Positions 59,187 through 64,000 of a stretch of 64,000 nucleotides of DNA are shown piece after piece (the first letter of the stretch is position 1; each line of letters starts with the position of its first letter). Location of the stretch: the NCBI RefSeq assembly GCF_028641065.1, contig NC_073390.1, positions 18,414,001-18,478,000 on the forward strand, in the 5' to 3' direction. The DNA is from Leucoraja erinacea. Its lineage: Eukaryota. Under the pieces are notes generated by a model. The model was not told the origin of the DNA and did not search any database. It saw nothing but the letters and a program-made list of their open reading frames with translations. The position numbers and the translations under genes were made by a program.

Positions 59187-60536
59187 TGTACCTAGAAACA
59201 ATGATTTATTTTGTTTTTGCATACAATACTGCCAAGATGCGTCCTTTTTTGCTCTTGGTGGCCCACCTGCCAGATCCCTCTTTGCTCTCAGCAACATGAG
59301 GTGAGAGTCAATGGAAGGGAGGTTGGTATGTGTGATGGTCTGGGACACGTTCACAATTTGCTGCAATTTTTTGTGATCTTGGATGGAGCTGTTCCAAAAT
59401 AGGCAGAAAAAATAAGTCCAAAAAATAAGACCAACAGGTGTTGTTGGTTATAACAAGACCATGATCCAAGCTTTTTATTTTTTAAAAAATAGATAGAGCT
59501 ACCATCCCCTCCTTTGTTGTCCAGGCCGTAGCAGGTTTGCATCTTTCAGACTCTAGAATCATGCAAAATACGTATACAAAACAAGTACTTGGCAAGGTAT
59601 CATTTCCTCGCTTTCCTCCCCAAACGATACAGGCCATTCGCATACCCAGCCGACTTGCAATGCAATGCAAAGGTAATGCAACAAATCAATCTCAAATTCC
59701 CATTGAAACTTATCATTATCGAGTAAAAATTATCAACTAATGTTTATAACTTCCTGAAATGTAACTAAGAGAAAAAAGTGCATTACGTGAAAATTATATT
59801 TCATAGTGGCAGAATTTACAGCAACTAGAGAAAAATACGGATGTTAATCAGGATACTTGTTTGTCCTAGTTCGTCACATTTGTACAACTAGTTGTTGCAA
59901 TAGAGACAGGATTAGTACAATGTCTTCTGGTCATCTGCAGTTTATGCAAACAGGGCAAAGAAGGCGATTGTAAATCCATGACTGTTTATGCTGAGTAAGC
60001 ATCAATAATGAGTGCAGAATTAAGTAATTTAGAAAGGTGAATTCAGCGTCAACTCAGAGAGAGAATTTTAAGTATACAAGGTAGAAAACGAAACAATCGT
60101 AGAGAAAAAGGGGAAATAAAGAAAATGTTAAAAATGAGTTCATAAATCTCCAATCGCAATTAAAATATACATGAATATGATCCCGTTTCATAAAAGTAAC
60201 AATTCGGTACTGGAGAAATCTTTCAGTGCCGCTTAATGGTGTCACAAATACAGACACCGGTAGACGTAGACAAATCTAATTTTCTATGGCATCTTTATTT
60301 TGTAATAGGCTGTGGGCCGAAGAGCTTTTTCATTCAAGTTTGTGACCCAACTCGCGGAGCTACCTGAACTTTTAACATATTGTGTAAAAATATTGTATAA
60401 ATCAAACCTGAAATTCGTCAAGAACAAAACCTGCACATTTTTAAAAAATATGACAAAAACATCCAATTTTCCGAATAATAATTGTCCAATCAATGCACGT
60501 TTGACATTGAGGTCGGGCGCAAATTGACCAATCCCA

Positions 60537-60562
60537 AGGGTTAGGGTTAGGTTTAGGGTTAG
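60537..60562 (+). repeat. Interstitial telomeric-type repeat (TTAGGG)n; second tract at 61423-61445
   Basis: agggttagggttaggtttagggttag and ttagggttagggttaaggttagg. Confidence 0.85.
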
Positions 60563-60639
60563 TCGGTCAGTCGGTCAGTCCGTCAGTCTGTCGTTCGAGC
60601 CTGTCGGTAGACCAAAGGATGCTGCGGAGGATCTGTCGG

Positions 60640-60975
60640 GCTGTCGGTGGGTGGTGAGAGTGGTCGGGCCGCCGGTGGGTCATGAGATTGAGTGGCCGGT
60701 CCATTGGTGGGTCGTGAGAGTGACTGGGCCTCCAGTGGGTCGTGAGAGTGGCCGGTCCATTGGTGGGTCGTGAGTGGCCGGGCCGCCTGGATGGTGAGAG
60801 TGGTCAGTCCATTGGTGGGTCGTGAGAGTGGCTGGGCCGCCGGTGGATAATGAGAGTGGTCGGTCCATCGGTGGGTGCTGCGAGCGGTCAGACGCCCAGT
60901 GGTGCTGCGAGGGGTCGGTCGGGCGGTCGGACAGCCAATGGTGCTGTGAGGGGTCGGTCAGGCTGTCGGACGGCC
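60640..60975 (+). repeat. GC-rich minisatellite (~26-28-bp units, then ~40-bp units)
   Basis: Alternating gagagtggccggtccattggtgggtcgt / gagagtggctgggccgccggtgg units, then gtgctgcgaggggtcggtc...cgga units. Confidence 0.8.
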
Positions 60976-61185
60976 AGTGTTGCAGCAAGTAAGCGGCAGT
61001 CGAACAGAGCCGGCATTATGGTGGTGCTGAAGGCGGCCCATGCAGGGCAGTGCTGCACCCCACCGTCACCACCGCGATGATCGAGAAGTGCATGCTGGCC
61101 GAGGTGGAGCGCTGCGGGGCCACACTTACGGAGCCTGCAGCCGGTCCCAAAGCTCCAGTGGCAGCTCTGGAAGGGGGGAGAGTTG

Positions 61186-61422
61186 AGGGCCTGTCCCACT
61201 TTCACAACCTAATTCACAACCTTTTTTACTCATGGACATTTTTTATCATGCAAAAAAAATGCCCCGACCTACTTGATGCCACGAGTACCTACGACTAGCA
61301 TCACGACCTCCTACGACTGACCTACGACCTCCAATGACCTTGTGACGACCATGCTGAGAGTATGAGTCAAGGGCAAACTTGGCAGATGTCGTGAATTAGG
61401 TCATGAAAGTGGGACAGGCCCT
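61186..61422. mobile_element. MITE related to 15558-16085, nested in the TIR element
   Basis: TIRs agggcctgtcccactttca.aacctaattcac / gtgaattaggtcatgaaagtgggacaggccct; shares gaccatgctg...atgagtc.aggg.aaact with 16010-16045. Confidence 0.85.
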
Positions 61423-61730
61423 TTAGGGTTAGGGTTAAGGTTAGGCATTTTCTTGTCAGTGGAAGATGTCTTAGCCTTCCCCCAGTCTGCCACTGCCCCT
61501 GTCCCAATATAGCCGTGACCCCCTCTCTGGACACTGGCAGTCAGTGAGGTTCAGTAAACGGGGGAACCCAGAGGAACTGCCCTCACCCATTAATTAGGCT
61601 GGTTCAGGAGCCGAACCTCTGCGGCAGTCTCATTCAAAATACACATAATTATATTAATTATATTATTTTTATATGTTTAAATAGACCTAAACACGGAAGT
61701 AGGCTCCCCATGGTGTATTATGAGCATTGG

Positions 61731-61745
61731 ACACTAGATGGCGCT
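61731..61745 (+). promoter_or_regulatory. CTCF-like motif
   Basis: ACACTAGATGGCGCT closely matches the vertebrate CTCF core CCAC(C/T)AG(A/G)(T/G)GGCGC; binding is untested. Confidence 0.35.
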
Positions 61746-62529
61746 TACTTTTTCGATCTAATTTTCGAATTAGTTTAATTAATTAATATGCAACTTTTGG
61801 CATTGACGAGTTATGACTTCCTTCTCAATTATATTTTATCTAGTTCTGTGCAAAATTTCATGTTGTTCCGAGACATGGGTCACGAAAATTGATTTCCAGA
61901 TACATTTTTGATGCTCGGCCCACAGCCTATAAACAAGGCACAAATACAGGAGACACAAGGAACTGCAGATGCTGATTGACGAATAAACTAAGTGCTGGGA
62001 CAGTTCAGTGGGTCAGGCAACATCTCTGCAGGACACGAGAAGGCAATATTTTAGCTCAGAATCCTTCTTCAGACAAGAATAGTCTTCTTTAGGCATTTTA
62101 TTTGAAACTAAGTGGTATGATACCTTTTTGTTTAGGCTTTCCAAAGTGGATTGTGGGTTACAAATTGTGGCGTGCTTTAATGTGACCACACTATTCTGCA
62201 TTGATTGTCCAGTTTGCACATAAATAAAGGTGATTCCTTTGGTCCCTTTTTTGAGGGAAACTTTATTCAAATATTCCCAACTATTTTACTTTCAAAGTCC
62301 AATTTTTGTAAAAGTTAAAACAATTTTGAAAAAGGTCTCCTGGTGATTTAATGATAGATACCTGAAAGGAATAAACAAATATAGATGGACTGTTACAAGC
62401 AGTAGCATTTTCTTGGAACAAGTTGAGATCAGTATACAGAGTTTACACATAAAAAAAACCTTATTAAATAGCTAAAGGAATATAAATGAGACCTTACAAT
62501 CATTCTGATGTTCTCACGTATAGAAGTTG

Positions 62530-63070
62530 GGGGGTCATGTTGCAACTATATAGGATGTTGGTGTGGCCACATTTAGAGTAGTGTTCAGTTTTGGGCACCA
62601 TCTTAAAAGAAAGATGCTGTCAAGCTGGAAAAGGTGTGGAGAAAATTTGCGAGGATGTTGCCAGGACTCAAGGGTCTATAGGGAGCAGTTGAGCAGGCTA
62701 GGAGGATGAGCGGTGATCTTATAAAAGTATACAAAATCGTGAGAGGGATAGATCAGCTAACTCTTGCCCAGAGTAGAGAAATCGAGAACCAGAGGACATA
62801 GGTTTAAGGTAAGGAGGATAAATGTAATAGGAACAAGGAGTAAAATTTTTACACAAATGGTGGTGGGTGTATGGAATGAGCTGGTGGAGAAGGTAGTTGT
62901 GGCAGGTACAATCGCAACATTTAAGAAACATTTAGACAGGTGCATGGATAGGACAGGTTCAGAAGGATATTGGCCAAATGCAGACAGGTGGGACGAATGT
63001 AGGTGGGACATTTTGGGCGTTGTTGGTAGGTTAGGACATTGGGCCTGTTTCCATGCTGTATAACTCTATG
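62530..63070 (+). mobile_element. CR1 LINE 3' fragment
   Basis: SRTRGHRFKV, FTQMVVGVWNEL, TFKKHLDRCM; gggcctgtttccatgctgtataactctatg tail. Confidence 0.85.
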
Positions 63071-63869
63071 ACGCTGTGTTGAACATCCCTCATGGCCTTA
63101 CCCCTCCTTACCTCTGTAGCATCCTCCAGAACAGCTCCTCCGTGAAATTCCCACAAATCGGCCTTAATGTTGTGTCTTGTTATCAATTATCCCCCCACTG
63201 GTAATCATGCCTCCTATGCTTTGGGACTGGATGTTCCTCTCTAAATTACTCTGACTCAAAGTCTGTCCATGTTTCTTTCTTTAAAATCCAACTTCTTCAC
63301 CAACTTTTTTGTCCACCTGTCCTAATATTTCCTTGCATGGCTCGTTGCTTTTGCGCCTTTTGAAATACACCATGTTTGTCGTGGTTGCTCGTGTAATCCA
63401 CAAGGATCTACATGATGGCTGCAGAGAAGCACATAATACAACAATTAAAAAACAATTCTGCCACTGTCAGTCAAGATTCATAGACCCTTCTGGGGTGAGA
63501 TTGCAATATTGGTGTATGAATGTTTAAAGAGGTTTCGATGTAAATCCTCCACATAGTATTCAACATAATGCTGACCAATTTATTTTGAATGGATTAATGC
63601 TGCTAATAAAATGGCGTATAAATAAATTCCATACATTAAACGTCTTGGATCACAGAGTTACAAAATGCCGTTTTACCTTTTCAGTAATTAAACAATGTAA
63701 GTTCGCCCACTCATGGTGTAAATAAAACATGCAGTAATTATTATTTCTAAATGTAATAAATATAGGGATTTATGATTTTAATTTCACTTTGATTTAATGC
63801 AGAATCCTAAAGCAATGTTCATATTCAGCCTGCAAATTTCTAATAGTGCTGTCCATTGTGAATGGAGCA

Positions 63870-64000
63870 AACACATTTCGCTGAACACCTTTGCTCAGTC
63901 CATTTTGGCCTACGTAATTTCCCGATTGCCAAACATTTTAACTCCCATTCCCATACTGATCTTTCAGTCCTGGGCCTCCTCCAGTATCAGAGTGAGGCCA
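63870..64000 (+). mobile_element. Penelope-like GIY-YIG region fragment running off the window end
   Basis: tttcgctgaacacc...tttaactccc...gtcctgggcctcctcca...cagagtgaggcc, homologous to 48403-48535. Confidence 0.75.

Larger units (their letters stand above)
60306..61929. mobile_element. Non-autonomous TIR DNA transposon (TAG...CTA termini, TAA TSD; Academ- or Harbinger-like)
   Basis: Perfect 15-bp TIR TAGGCTGTGGGCCGA / TCGGCCCACAGCCTA; taa on both flanks (60303-60305, 61930-61932); imperfect subterminal inverted repeat (gtgaccca...cgga...tgaa.tttt). Confidence 0.8.

Noticed and set aside
60640-60975. CRISPR-like array (also the microrepeats at 15630-15850)
   Set aside because: These are degenerate tandem units without unique spacers, in vertebrate DNA with no cas genes.

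Overview
This is eukaryotic, repeat-dense genomic DNA. It is most likely from a cartilaginous fish (skate/ray/shark), inferred from the abundant HE1-like V-SINEs and their HER1-like CR1 partner LINEs. I could not support any intact host protein-coding gene, rRNA, tRNA or CRISPR array. Nearly all long ORFs belong to retroelements or are low-complexity or antisense artefacts, so the window looks like a large intron or gene desert. It contains many CR1 fragments (one 3.1-kb copy with APE and RT), about 15 V-SINEs, Rex1/Babar LINEs, a Vingi-type LINE, a degraded Penelope-like element (RT + GIY-YIG), two Tx1/L1-like ORF1-bearing elements, a CGGBP1-like hAT transposase fossil, several MITEs, a Helitron and an LF-SINE-like relic. 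The most striking signal is a dispersed family of short non-coding Penelope-derived elements. They carry a minimal hammerhead-ribozyme core (CTGAAGA-hairpin-GAAAC-GTH) and often occur as head-to-head fold-back pairs, two of them with clean target-site duplications. A 1.6-kb TIR element containing telomeric repeats, a minisatellite and a CTCF-like motif is also notable. All family assignments come from motif recognition by eye, not database searches, and boundaries of degraded repeats are approximate.
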